From Podarcis erhardii (taxonomy: Eukaryota), in NCBI GenBank assembly GCA_964252035.1, contig OZ176200.1: a stretch of DNA of 64,000 nt. One strand, written 5' to 3'. The notes under the pieces are model-generated. The model saw nothing but the letters and a program-made list of their open reading frames with translations, ran no database searches and had not been told where the DNA came from. Below are positions 23,801 to 34,760 of the stretch, one piece after another. Numbering within the stretch: the first letter of the stretch is position 1; every line of letters begins with the position of its first letter. The translations under genes and the position numbers were made by a program.

Positions 23801-24313
23801 CAATTCTTCCAGGGGTTTTGGCCGTTGGGTATACCAGCCTCCCAAGCAAGGATGCCAGACCAAGATGTCACAGTGTGGCTTGGGGTGCCCTCACCTCTTC
23901 TGGGTGCATTCCAGCTGCCACACCGTGTTGATGTTCCAGGGTGGGCAAGCTTCATCATCTTGGGGCTTAGTTTTATGGTTGGGAGAGCCTTGAAATAGGG
24001 AGCCCTCTCCAAGCTCTTTCTTTCTTCAGGAAAGAAGAGAGAGAGAGAGAGAGAGAGACTCTGCCCCCACTCCAGTTAAAACAGATTACCCCTGACAGAA
24101 TTTGACCCTCAATAGGGGGAAAATCCCCTCTGTATTTGTTGCTGGAAAGATGCTGGACCTCTGTCCCCAAAGTCTCAGTCTCTATTCACATTCTCTCTCA
24201 TGCCTCCTTTTTCCTTGTGTTTTCAGGGTAACATGAGCAGAGGGAACAGCCTGTTTTTCCGGAAGGTGCCTGCAGGGAAGCGGTATGTGTGGGAAGAGAA
24301 GAGATTTCACTGA
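11331..24313 (+). CDS. MTCH2: Mitochondrial carrier homolog 2 (301 aa, 13 exons)
   Basis: Exons 11331-11417, 13827-13911, 14854-14960, 16907-16933, 17209-17265, 18494-18551, 19288-19339, 19557-19616, 20155-20248, 20752-20799, 21317-21384, 23627-23702, 24227-24313 (906 nt, all GT-AG, in phase). Reads [47 protein letters not shown]...[21 protein letters not shown] near 25513. Confidence 0.98.
11935..12483 (-). CDS. Secreted phospholipase A2, group X-like, single uninterrupted ORF (182 aa), nested in MTCH2 intron 1
   Basis: Signal peptide [15 protein letters not shown], propeptide ending KREKR, Ca2+ loop [20 protein letters not shown] (His48/Asp49/Tyr52), CECD (Asp99), 16 mature Cys. ATG at 12483-12481 (the ORF track begins at an upstream TTG); TAA at 11937-11935; minus-strand AATAAA at 11843-11838. 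Confidence 0.93.
   Translation of the reverse strand: MRIVLWLALAILFSQECGHSKGSKREKRSVLDLILTLWCYRHRLQIPLLGLNLYGCYCGTGGSGSPVDAVDQCCFIHDCCYRHARVSLKCHRRVKWQRYKLSCNGSETECQSTSICGRMACECDKQLAECLTAAKPRRKHSFYNREALCKGPRDPCPAVHRNWTEILPWGSLSPRPVSRWGS
15630..15780. repeat. Old dispersed repeat with related copies near 17840-17950 and 26680-26830
   Basis: Shared core ...gggggttcTCTCaatcctC.gagcagatttt.ggagg... in 15.7 and 17.9 kb, and a more diverged copy at 26.7 kb; family not identified. Confidence 0.45.
16190..16355. mobile_element. Tc2/pogo-like MITE
   Basis: TA-ccgtatttttc...tataaga at the left end and tcttata...ggaaaaata at the right end. Confidence 0.7.
16517..16740. mobile_element. Penelope-like retroelement remnant, inverted (palindromic) structure
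   Basis: ccagtagcaccttag.gaccaactaagtttgttc...cacttcttgagatacac|tgtatctgaagtagtg...gaacaaacttagtttgtctctaaggtgctgctgg forms a ~155-bp hairpin, matching the recalled reptile Penelope terminal sequence. Confidence 0.65.
17556..17690. mobile_element. hAT MITE (hairpin type)
   Basis: TIR cagtggttctcaa...ttgagaaaggctg; exact TSD CTTTAGAG on both sides. Confidence 0.9.
18790..19180 (-). mobile_element. L2 LINE ORF2 fragment
   Basis: Minus frame [29 protein letters not shown], an L2 ORF2 motif. Confidence 0.85.
19937..20094. mobile_element. hAT MITE with CCCTAACCC-containing internal tandem repeats
   Basis: TIR cagtggcgtagcgtggg / cccacgctacgccactg; exact TSD TGTAAGAT (19929-19936, 20095-20102). 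Confidence 0.93.
20397..20574. mobile_element. Tc1/mariner (Tigger-like) MITE
   Basis: TA-cagtggaacctc...gaggtaccactg-TA. Confidence 0.85.
22018..22154. mobile_element. hAT MITE (hairpin type)
   Basis: TIR caagcttcctcaacctt / aaggttgaggaagcctg; exact TSD GGTTAGAC. Confidence 0.9.
22505..22855 (+). mobile_element. Sauria SINE, full length
   Basis: gggacgtgggtggcactgtggtctaaaccacagagcc...gttcaaaagcatgccaagtacaagtagataaataggtacc...ggggtacctttacct. Confidence 0.92.
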
Positions 24314-27300
24314 GCCCTGGGCCTCTTGCAGCCGCTCCAGATGCACAGAATGATGGCAGTGTGTTGATTTCTATACAGTTTTTTAAAAAAGAAAAATAAT
24401 CAAATTAATCTTGGGCAATGGACCTGGTTGTGAGCATGACTTAATGACAAGTGTGATGGGGGGAGTTTCATTTCTGTCTCTCAGATCGGTGGAAGGCAGC
24501 AGGGGCAAGGATGACAGGAAAGCTACCCCTGTCAGAGGAAGAGAAAAAAAGACGGCTTACACTGTTGGGAATGTGGAAAGTTCTTTTCCTTTTCCCGAGA
24601 GCACTGATGTCTTGTGTTGATGGGAATGCTATCTTTCTCCCCAGCTCCTACCTTCTGATGGTACCATCCCAGGACTACTGTGGGTTGCTGGGGGAAAGTG
24701 GACCAATATTTTTTTCCTCCTGTCCCCAGACAGTACAGCTCTTAGCCTTCTCCCCTTCAAACATTTTGTTATATTCAGGCATGAAAAGATTGCTGGCAAA
24801 TTGCTAGCCCTGCTTGGCTGTGCAGGGAGTTAAGCATTATGGAAGCTGTGGTGGGCAAATCAAGCATGTATGCTGTCACCAAGCAGATCTGGAGTGTGCC
24901 TCTAAATTTCCTTGGCAACACTCTTGTGATAGCCACCATGGAGAATGTTGCTTGAAATGGTTCCACACTGCCATTGCATTGGGGGGGCGTGTTTCAGGGC
25001 AGATGCTCACTGTGTGGATTAGGCAGGCTTCCTCCCCTTACCCAATCAAGCCACTGCAAGCAGTCAGATTTGTGGTGGAAATGACCCAGTCTGGCCATTA
25101 AGAGGTGGTGTGCACAAGGCTCCCACACAGTGGCAGCTGCCATATCGTGATCCAAATTGGCCTCTCTCTGGTCACAGTAATTTGTGAATTGGGCCTCCAC
25201 AGCCGAAGTGTTGGGGCACTCTGAGGAACAAGTCCCTGCATCTCACCTGCTACTGTTTCAGGGGTTCTGAACAAACTGGGGGTGGGGGTGGGAATAGAAA
25301 GCTACTGTCTTCTGAAAGTGTTTTTCCAAGAGGATTGAAATGTGTCAAATGCAGTCTATTGGCCATAAGAGGTTCTAGAAGAGGTGAGTTCTTATGTGTC
25401 TGTGCCTAGCAAAATTGCTCTTTGAAAGCATGACCGTGAAACCACTGGCAGTGCGGAATGTGACGTGTTAACTCAGTATGCTACTAGGAAAGTCTCTATT
25501 AGCATTCTTTGTTAATAAAGTTGTAGACAGTGTAACCAGAAGGCATAATTCCTGTAGGCTTTTGTTCTCGTACAAACCAGCCAGCTAAGGTGAGGTTAGC
25601 CCCCTGTCCTCATTCCTGTACGATCTGTGCTACTCGCTCTTGGACCTTCTATGATTTCACAAAAAAAGCACGGTTGCTGCTACTCACGTCACATTACCAT
25701 CTCCAAAAAGAAATGCTAGGTTTGTGAGGGATGGAGGTGGCGGTTTGCCATATTTGTCTACTGCCTAAAGATAAGCTTTTAGATGGGGGTATTTTGTACA
25801 CTCATTTGCAAATTATAAAAGGCAGTTACATTTCCAGTCACATTTTTCTTCTTGGCTCTCATCTTACACTCACTCTAGATGGCATTTAGGGGCTGGTTGG
25901 TTTGTGGATTGGAGCAAGGCTGCCATTTCCTGGAGGATGAATGGATCAAACTGCACTAGTATGTGACCAAATAGATAATAATGAATATGAATTAGGGTGT
26001 TGAACATAGGTGAACATAATGTCATGAAATGCAAAAGCAGCTGCATATCTACTTTGCTGGTGGGGCCAGTAGTACAGGTAAGATACTTACATTTCTAAGA
26101 GCCTAAATTGGCCTTCATCAATATGGTACCCACCAGATATTTTGGACTACAACTCACATCATCACTGATTATTAGTCATGCTAGCTGGGATGGATGGGAG
26201 TTATGCCCTTCAGATGTTTTTGGATCTAGAATAAGAAACATCTTGTCTAAATGGATAAAGAGGATAGGAGTGAAGATGGTGCAGAGAATTGCCCACAAGT
26301 ACTAAGGGTACACGCACACACCTGTGCAATTTTCCAGTAAACTATTAACATTGTACCAGACAATGTGTGTGTTTCCCCAAGCTTAGGTAGGACCTCTTGT
26401 GCTTGGCTCCTAGAACAGCTAAATGCATTATTACAGGGTTGTTGGGTGGGTTTGTGGGGGTTTTTTTTAATGCTCCAGATAATACTTTGTACTTGCTCAA
26501 ATGTAGCTATTTTATTCCTTGGTATCAGTAAAGTTTGAGTTGTTATTTGAAGCTGTCGTTCAGCAATGATGAACAGGCATGAGAAATGGGCTCCCAACAG
26601 TAGCCCTTGTGGTATACTGCTGGAAGTGCCCTCTTGCGTTGGAATACTAGAAACTATGGGAAGAATTGAGCTTCACACTCTTCTGTCACTCTTTCTGCTT
26701 GCCAGACAGACCAATCTCTCCTCTCCTCCCACCACATTCTGTTCTTGGGGTTCTCTCAACACCTCCCACCCTGTGAGCCAATTTCAGGGGACACATGGCA
26801 CAAGGAGAAAGCCCTATTGTGCTAGCAGAACTCCTGTGTGGGCTTCTGATGGGGGACCAGTTCGTTGACTCTGGCCCTATGTATCATCTACTGGTCCTCA
26901 GGCCAAACAGTGTGCATTTTACAAATATGATATACTTTAATTGGAATTTTCTGGTGTTAAAGTAAAACATTGTATAGCACGTGCCTTAACAGTTATCCGC
27001 AGCGATTGCACATAGCTTCTCCCAATACTTCATTTAAGGTTCTGTTTACAGACATTATCATTTCGATTACTTTACTGAGCCTCTACAAGAGGTCTACAGT
27101 AATGTTTTGTCAGGGCATAAACAGGGAGCAGCACTATTAGGTTAGCCAACTGGAGGCTTCAAACCTGTCAAAAATTCTCAGTAGACTTCCTTCAGTCATT
27201 CTGATTCATCATGATACAGTTCTGAAGCCTGGGAGTTTGTATGCTTCTGGGTGGCCCAGCAACCGTCAGATAAAACTCTTCTGGGAGCACAGATGGAATC

Positions 27301-27560
27301 GGTGAAAATCAAATCTATCCTTCATCTGCTGGCTATTTGTTTGAGGTCTGGATCAAATCGGTTTTAGCTGGAAAGGTATTGATTCAGCTTAGATGTTAAC
27401 TGTAGGGCCAATGTGCTTGTGTCCAGATTATTAAATGTGAACCTAGTTCTTGAAGCTTCATACAACTTAAAATATATATATATAGGAATTTTCTCATTTA
27501 AACCATCTGTTTTTGCTACCACTGGTTTATTTTTTACTGTCAGAGCTTTTGAATAGCCTG

Positions 27561-30500
27561 TCACAGCAGAGAAATGGGTGTATGCAGGTCATAGGACAGA
27601 AAGCAACTAGTAAAGTTGGCTTCAAGGCATTGTAGGGCTCTCTGCATTGATGTGTTGTTTTCCAGGACATCACCATAGACTGGGTAATTGAGGCTTTGTA
27701 GCTTCCTGCCTAGTGCTGCTATCACCAGCTGAATGTAGCCTTTGCCACGGTGCGCTGGCATGGTGTAAGCATGGGTCAGGCACCCAAATTGATCCAGCAG
27801 GACCCAAGAGATAGGACATCCTCCAGCATCCAGAAGGCAACTACTAGGGAAGCAGTTGATTAGCCGAGTCAGATAGCAGAGACTCTGCTCATTGCCACCT
27901 ACACTCCAGGTCTCATTCAGCAGGGCAGCATGAGTGGTGTTGAGAGATGAGAGTTTCAGCTCTGATCCTGACCTGAAGAATGAAAGAAAGGTTAAGGCCT
28001 ACCTTCAGAAGTAACACTTAAGGCACGATGAACCAGCCAGCTACAGCACCCAAGTGTCAAGCTTGAAGTCTGCAGATGGAGCTGGGGTGCCCTGCAACCA
28101 CCTGAAGGTTAACATGACAAAAGGTGTAACTGAGCCCTCTGTGGGTTTCCTAGATCTATGAGCACATGGTGGTGCTTGTTTGATCTCTAGTCATGGAGAA
28201 TGGGAGGCCCTAGCTAGTTTATTATTTATTAAATTTATTCCCTACCGTTATTAGTGAGGGACCCAGTTTTTATGCTGACTTCCTTACTTGGGCTACATTT
28301 TTCCAAAATTAATTAAGAGGGAATGATGAGTGGCATTGTTATGAGACTTATTAAATGCCACTAATGTTGTTTGTTCCTGTACTTGCTGCAACAGAGTTAA
28401 ATCTTGAATATTTAATACCGGCTTCCTCAAACTTGGCCCTCCAGATGTTTTTTGAGACTACAATTCCCATCATCCCTGACCACTGGTCCTGCTAGCTAGG
28501 GATCATGGGAGTTGTAGGCAAAAAGCATCTGGAGGGCCGAGTTTGAGGAAGCCTGATTTAGTACCAGCAAAGATTTAGTACAGAGGAGCTCATTACCTTG
28601 TGTAGCTGCTATTAGCCCAGTGGACTCATAGTAGTATAAACTACAGCTATGCTTTTGGTAAGTTGATCCCACTCTACAGATGAAATGTTTCAGGAATATT
28701 AATCCTATGAAAGCACAATCCTTTATTGTAATATGTATCAACAGTGATGTTACATTCTAACTTCACTGCCTGCCCAGTTGAATGTCCTCCCCTCCCCTTC
28801 CCATTTTACAGAGGACTTATCCAGTGGCCCTGATGAACATTACTAAGTATCTGCCTTTTGTAAAGCCTACAAATATGATTTACAGAGATACACAAACATT
28901 GGCTTACTAGCCAGCCATTGTTTGTGCTTGCTCCTAATCACCTTGCTTGTGTTCTTGGGCATGTACAGAGTACCTGGGTAAGAAACACGGATCATCTCTC
29001 ATTTGAATTATGGGGAAAAATCAGAAACATTGAGGAGTCTTTCTGCAGTTACAACTGCCAAGGTCTTTGTCCTTTTTTCCTGAAAAGATAACTCTGCCTA
29101 GCATAAGAGTCACCTCTTGGCTTTGAGTTTATTTCCTCTTGCACATATTTCCCCCTGTTACAGGTCTCCAGTGAGTGGGCACCATGCTCTAAATTACTAG
29201 TGCACTGGCAAATGTCTCCTGCCTTCCTTGTATTGCTTGCTACCTGGAACCCCTGAGTCATAGAGCGTGACATACGTGGGTGTGGAAGAAGACAAATTCA
29301 AGGGTTTCTGCACAACAAAAACCTGGGTCCGAGTCACCAGCTTTGCGGAGAAATGCTTGGCAGCTGCTAGGTTTTGAGATGTCTGATACACACCATCCTG
29401 CAGACCTGGGTGTAGAAAATGGTGAGGGGATTATTGAGGTGCTCAGAGGAGAGGGGCAGAAGTCGCAGAAGCATAGACCCATTATTATGGGAAAAGTAAA
29501 ATGGTGATCACCTTAAGGTAGCCTTGCTCTGACTAGTGAAGAGGATTTCAGCAGCACCAAAACTAAGATTTTCTTCCACAGATGCAGAACAGGTGACAAT
29601 AACACTTCTCTAAATGCATATGCCAATGTTGAAACAGTTTAGAAAAGTACACACGCACTCTTAAAACTTGTGCATACAATATTCCTTTTTTAAGAATTCT
29701 AAATTAGTAACACTGGCACATGCACAGAACTTTGGGTGTTGAGGTGTCTTACCCTGAAGTAAGAATTCTTGTTTCCAATCAATGGCATCAGAATCTTTCA
29801 CCGATTTCTCATAGGCATCTAGGTCCTTATAGAAAACTGCACAAGATTGGGTAAAATAGTTCCTTTCTGAAGGCACTTTCTAGGCAAATACAAGCAGGAA
29901 AGATGGGAAGAGGTCATTCCTTTGCACACACTAGCCCACCTAGGAGTCTTCATCTAAAGAGCAGGCATAAAAAGCTTTAAAACAGGTGGATAAGATTTTT
30001 ATCATAGCAAACCCTCTGCAAGACATAGGCAACCACAGAAAGCACACATCAGATTGCTCATCTGATCAGTGACAAATGCCCCTCTTCAGATGATGGAGGT
30101 GCAATTTGCATCCAGCCTCAGATGATCAATCTCATCATTTTTAAAATTTCCCCCCTCTTTTTGCTCCTGCTCCCAGTATCGGGGAGGTCTTTGATCTGAT
30201 CAGGCCTCTGGGTTGGGGGTTTGCCACCCTTGTTTTAAACTAATTAAGTGTTACTATGCAAAATATGTGCAGTTTTCCTGTTTTAGGGGGCTCAAATGAC
30301 TCTCCCCACTAGCATATCTGATGTAGAGAACAGCATTTCCCTAGCATTCAGCTGACAATATTTCATTGCCAGGAAAATATGCCCCAGCTTGTACCTCATT
30401 TATGAGTGTGCTGTGGAAAGTACTTGTGCAAAGGAGTTAGGCGCCTGTTGTGGTGTTGTTAGCACCCTGGCAAGAGATAATTTCCTGCACCAGGAATGCT

Positions 30501-31447
30501 CCACCTCCCAATCCTATCTTCCCCACTATGACTCTTTGTGGCTGTACTCTCCCTTGGGTAAAAGTGTGCATCATCCCCCTTTAAAAATAATGGGGCAGAC
30601 ATGTTGCTGCCCCAGCAACAATGCACCACACCCCTACACTATGAGAGCATAAGTACAAGTTACCAAGCTATCAGCACTAAATTGAGGTTAAGGCTAACAT
30701 GCAAAATGATTGTTCCCACTGGTAGTGCTTTCTTCATCCTCACAATTCAAGCCCTTTGCTGATGCTACTCACAGAACCAAGAAAAACATCCCTCTCTTAG
30801 GTGTCCCATCTCAGCAATACCTCTCTCTGGAGCCGTGCAATGACCACTTGGAAGCTGGGCCAGGAATCTACCAGTATCTCCTGATGAAAAGCGTTTCCCT
30901 GGCACACGTTCAGTACAGCCCCATGGACCTGGTGGGACAAGAGGGAGGAGGCACGGCAGGGCCATTTCAGTTATCTTGACGTAACAGAAACAGGAGCATT
31001 AAAAGAATTCAGATGTGTTCCTGGTTTCTTTCAAATGTCGCCTGTCAGTTTTGTGGCCAGCCTTGCCATTAACCTTGTCAGTGGTCAGTTGATCCATGAA
31101 GCCAACAGTGAGTCATGACATTGCCAGCCCAACCTTATCTGCCATTTTCTGGAAAGCCCTTGTGCCCAGAGTACAGTTCCTTGATCCCCTGACATTTCCA
31201 GCTCTAAAGGATAAGAAAGAAACCACTACTCCCTCCCCTCAGATTCTTGAAGAGGTATCTGTCAAAGACTGGGCTCCTGATGGTGTTCACATTAAGCTTT
31301 GGGTTGGAATCATCGCCCAAGCAGAGGTTCTGCATGCCTGGCAAAGAGCAGAGGAGGATGCCATCTCACCTTTAGAGATTCGGGGAAGCAGCTCCTCAGC
31401 TCTTTCTTCAGCACTCGAAGCTCATCCTTGTTGACTAACACCAGCAT
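27561..31447 (-). CDS. Glycine N-acyltransferase-like protein 3-like (284 aa, 5 coding exons)
   Basis: Exons 31447-31370, 30928-30821, 29879-29753, 29405-29276, 27972-27561 (855 nt, in phase, no stops). MLVLVNKDELRVLKKELRSCFPESLK|VHGAVLNVCQGNAF...LLNETWSVGGNEQSLCYL...TMPAHRGKGY; exon phases as in the GLYAT family and closest to recalled GLYATL3. Acceptor at 31466 implies an upstream non-coding exon. Confidence 0.93.
28418..28555. mobile_element. hAT MITE (same family as 22018-22154)
   Basis: TIR ccggcttcctcaaact / agtttgaggaagcctg; TSD ATTTAATA/ATTTAGTA (7 of 8). Confidence 0.88.
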
Positions 31448-31926
31448 TGTCAGAGTAGGCTGGGCCTGCAGATGCTCCAGAAATGAAGACAAAGACCAAT
31501 GGTGCTTGGGGTGAAAGGATCTAACCTTCCCTTATACTTCCCTTTCAGCAAAAATCTGCCATGGCAGAAAAAGCAACACACATTTTAATGATGCTGGGAT
31601 GTAGGTTTGCCAGACTCAGATTTACTTGGGTCATATGACTGGGTAAATGCCACAGAACACAGAAAATGAGCTGTACAAAATGGCACTGCTGTGCCTCCTT
31701 TCACACCTGGGCACTTGGAAATTGGAGTAAGTGCATTCAAGGTTAGTAACAGCTTGATCAGTAACAGGGTTCTGTCTCAACAGAGTCAGGAGTTTCTGAT
31801 GAATTCAAAGTCCAAGGCAAAATAACTTTTGACTAAGTCATCTTGGGACATCATCTAGCAAGCTAGCTTGTTCCTGAGGCCTTCCCCTTCATTTGTTTGA
31901 GAGAATCACCTGGAGCTACTTCAACG

Positions 31927-32219
31927 CAGGGGCATAGCTAGCTGCTCTGGCACCCGGAGGGACGGGGGCGCCACAGCAATCTACCCAGGGGGGTGCCTGG
32001 CAAGCTGCCCACGGAGTCCGCCTGGCAGACACAAGCCCCATGCTGCTGTTTCAGGCAGTGTGGGCTCCCAAGCCACTGCGTCACTCCCAGGAGAGACGTG
32101 TGGCTCAGGCGCACTGCAGGCTAGGCCCCGCAGTAAGTGATGCCCCCCACGGTGTGCCATTTTGTCACCCCCTCAGGGATGACACACGGGGTGGATCGCA
32201 CCCCCTTCCTATGCCCCTG
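31927..32219. mobile_element. GC-rich hAT-like non-autonomous element
   Basis: TIR caggggcatag / ctatgcccctg; flanks match only 4 of 8 (cttc....). Confidence 0.55.
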
Positions 32220-33989
32220 CTTCTATATTAACCCACCTTTCTGCAACACACCTATGCTCTGCTGGTAGCACCCTGCATCCAACTTTCCTGGATTTTGGAA
32301 TAGAGAGTAAATCAAATGGCATCTTATTTTTCTAAACTCTCCCAAGTGCTCTCAAACAGAAGAAAGGAGGACAATGTATTAAGTGGAGGAAGGAAGCACC
32401 AGATCACTCTGGAGAAATTTCAGAATTCAAGTCTTTCATCGATTGCCTTTCATGTTAATTTACACTGGCATCTGTCACACAACATTCATGCAGGAATAAC
32501 TTTTCTGCAGGTGCGCTAGCATTGACGGCAGTGTTCAGTGTTTCCCAAATGCCAAGCACAGAACTTGGAATGCCCTTAGAGCTAGGGTCCTGGGCCTTTA
32601 CTACTTGCACATGGTTGGGGCCTGTGTGCATCAGCCAATGCGTCTTCTGCTTATCTCTCCATAACAAACGGCATCTGTCCCAATTCTCTCTTACTCAGCT
32701 GTTAAAGGTACACGGTGCTTGTCCTGTGTGTCTGACAACCCTACACTAGTCAATAAAAGATTCTAGCTCCAGTGTGGACCCTTGGCACAATCTGATTTCT
32801 TTGTAATGGCGAAGCAAGACCCAGATATGCAGAAATCAACCTTGTTGAATATATCAAAAAGCAAAAGTATAACTTATCATATTAAAACCTAGCAGGAGAA
32901 GCAGCAGCTGTCAGTGCTAGAAAGGCAGCATAGATCTGAACTAAAAACACCAAAATACCTAATTGTGGTGTGTGGAGCTCTGTAGTGCTCCCATCTCCTC
33001 CTTAATTGGGCACTTACTGTCTGCAAAATGATATGAGGATGTTTCTGGATCCCATTCTGGGGACCTTGCAAAAGGGAAAGGAAATATTCTCTTCAGCAGG
33101 GCCTCTTACCTGCCAGGTACAATGGAAAGGGCTAGAGTCCTCTTGTCAGTCTACTACACAGTCATCAGAGGCAGTTAGGGGCAAAGCGAGAAGGTGGAGA
33201 GTCTTCTGCCAGATTGTTCTCATGCAGCAGACAAATGATTCATTCCCACATTTTCTGAGCCCACAAGGAAAATGGTTCAACCTAGCTTGGAAACAGTTAT
33301 CCTGTCCCTGTCAAGCATGTATTTTTATTTATTTATTGGTTAATTATTAAAAAAAACACATCCCTAACATCCTAGTTAAGAAGGTGAAGAAGAATGTAAA
33401 TGACAAAGCAGAAAAAAACTGAAGCTGGAGAAATGGGAAATTTGTGGCCAGCAGCCAGCTAGCACAACAGGACTAGGACAAAATCAAAATGAGAACAAAG
33501 CCTGCAAATGATGCAATGTAGGTGGGGGGTGTTCTCCACAGGTCACACATGTTTAGCAAGGCCTCAGAAGGACCCTTATTTACTTTAAAAAGTGCACAAC
33601 AATATATTTGAATTATATCTATTTATCTAGTGAAAATATCAGCCGTGTGAGGATATATAAAACTAAAATGATAAATTTTATACACAATCCTACAATAGTA
33701 TGTAAAATGTAAATATGCAGCAAAATTCTTACATAATTACATTTTGTCTTTAGTTCACTCACTTCCCATGTTTTTGTAAACACTCAGACACTCATAATTT
33801 AATCACCACCCTTTTATTTGCAATCTAGCTATCATGAGGAAATTGACAAAGCCTAGGCACACGTACCTGGGAGTCATTTCCATTGAACTCAATGGAGCAT
33901 ATAGGATTGAAGTGCAATTACTAGGGCAGAGCTTTCCAAACTTTTCATGTTGGTGACATGATTAGCAGTATGCAATAACTACTACGTTA

Positions 33990-34760
33990 TCTGCAGACTC
34001 AGTAGCTCCTGTACGAAGGCAAGGAGCTCCCCCGCAGACTAGGGAGACGCAACAGGCGCGCAAAGAAAAACGCGCAGGCGCAGACTGGGCTCAGGACGCT
34101 ACTTGGGACAGGAGTTGAGAGCCCAGATCCGCGCAACGCAGCAGCGCCGCCCGCCCCTTTGTTTACAATAAGTATAGCCGGCCGAGGCTGAGCCCGAGTC
34201 TTTCCGAAAGACTTCGGCTGCCGCCAGCCGCGTCCGAAGCCGGATACGGAAATAACCGACGACATCCGGCATCCGCCGAAGGGGGCTTCGGCGGCTCATC
34301 CGTAGGCTACGGAGACGCACGAAGGTTGCCTCGAAGCAAAACTCGGGCGAGGAGCCATCATGGCGGACCAGGTCGAGCAGCTCCGGGCGGATGGCATCCA
34401 GAAGCGGTTGGTGCAGGAAGGCCGAGGGCCCCAACCAGATTACCAAGATGGTACCAAGGTGAGAGAGGACGGTTTCTCAGGGCTGAGGCAAATAACGGAA
34501 CGAGGCCGGAGGAACGCGCATGCGCAAGCGAGCGGCGATGACGCACGAGGAGGCTAAAATACGCGTGCGCGGTGAAGACAGTGGGGTGCGGGGTTTGCGA
34601 GTTGAGTTTGTTACCCACGCTTTATACATCCAGAATTTTGCTAACTCGAGGCTGATTCGTGCCTGCCTTCGAGATGGAGGGATTCTTCCCTTCCCCCACC
34701 CCGCCCATAGATGTGCATTTTGCAAGCTGTGCTTCCAAGTCCACTTCGAATATGTGACGG
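33990..34760 (+). promoter_or_regulatory. CpG-island promoter of AIP
   Basis: CpG-dense; exact NRF1 palindrome cGCGCATGCGCa at 34515-34526 in intron 1. Confidence 0.8.

Noticed and set aside
29276-29405. Apparent frameshift in acyltransferase exon 4
   Set aside because: Re-reading gives ggt gtg tat cag, in frame; the gene is intact.
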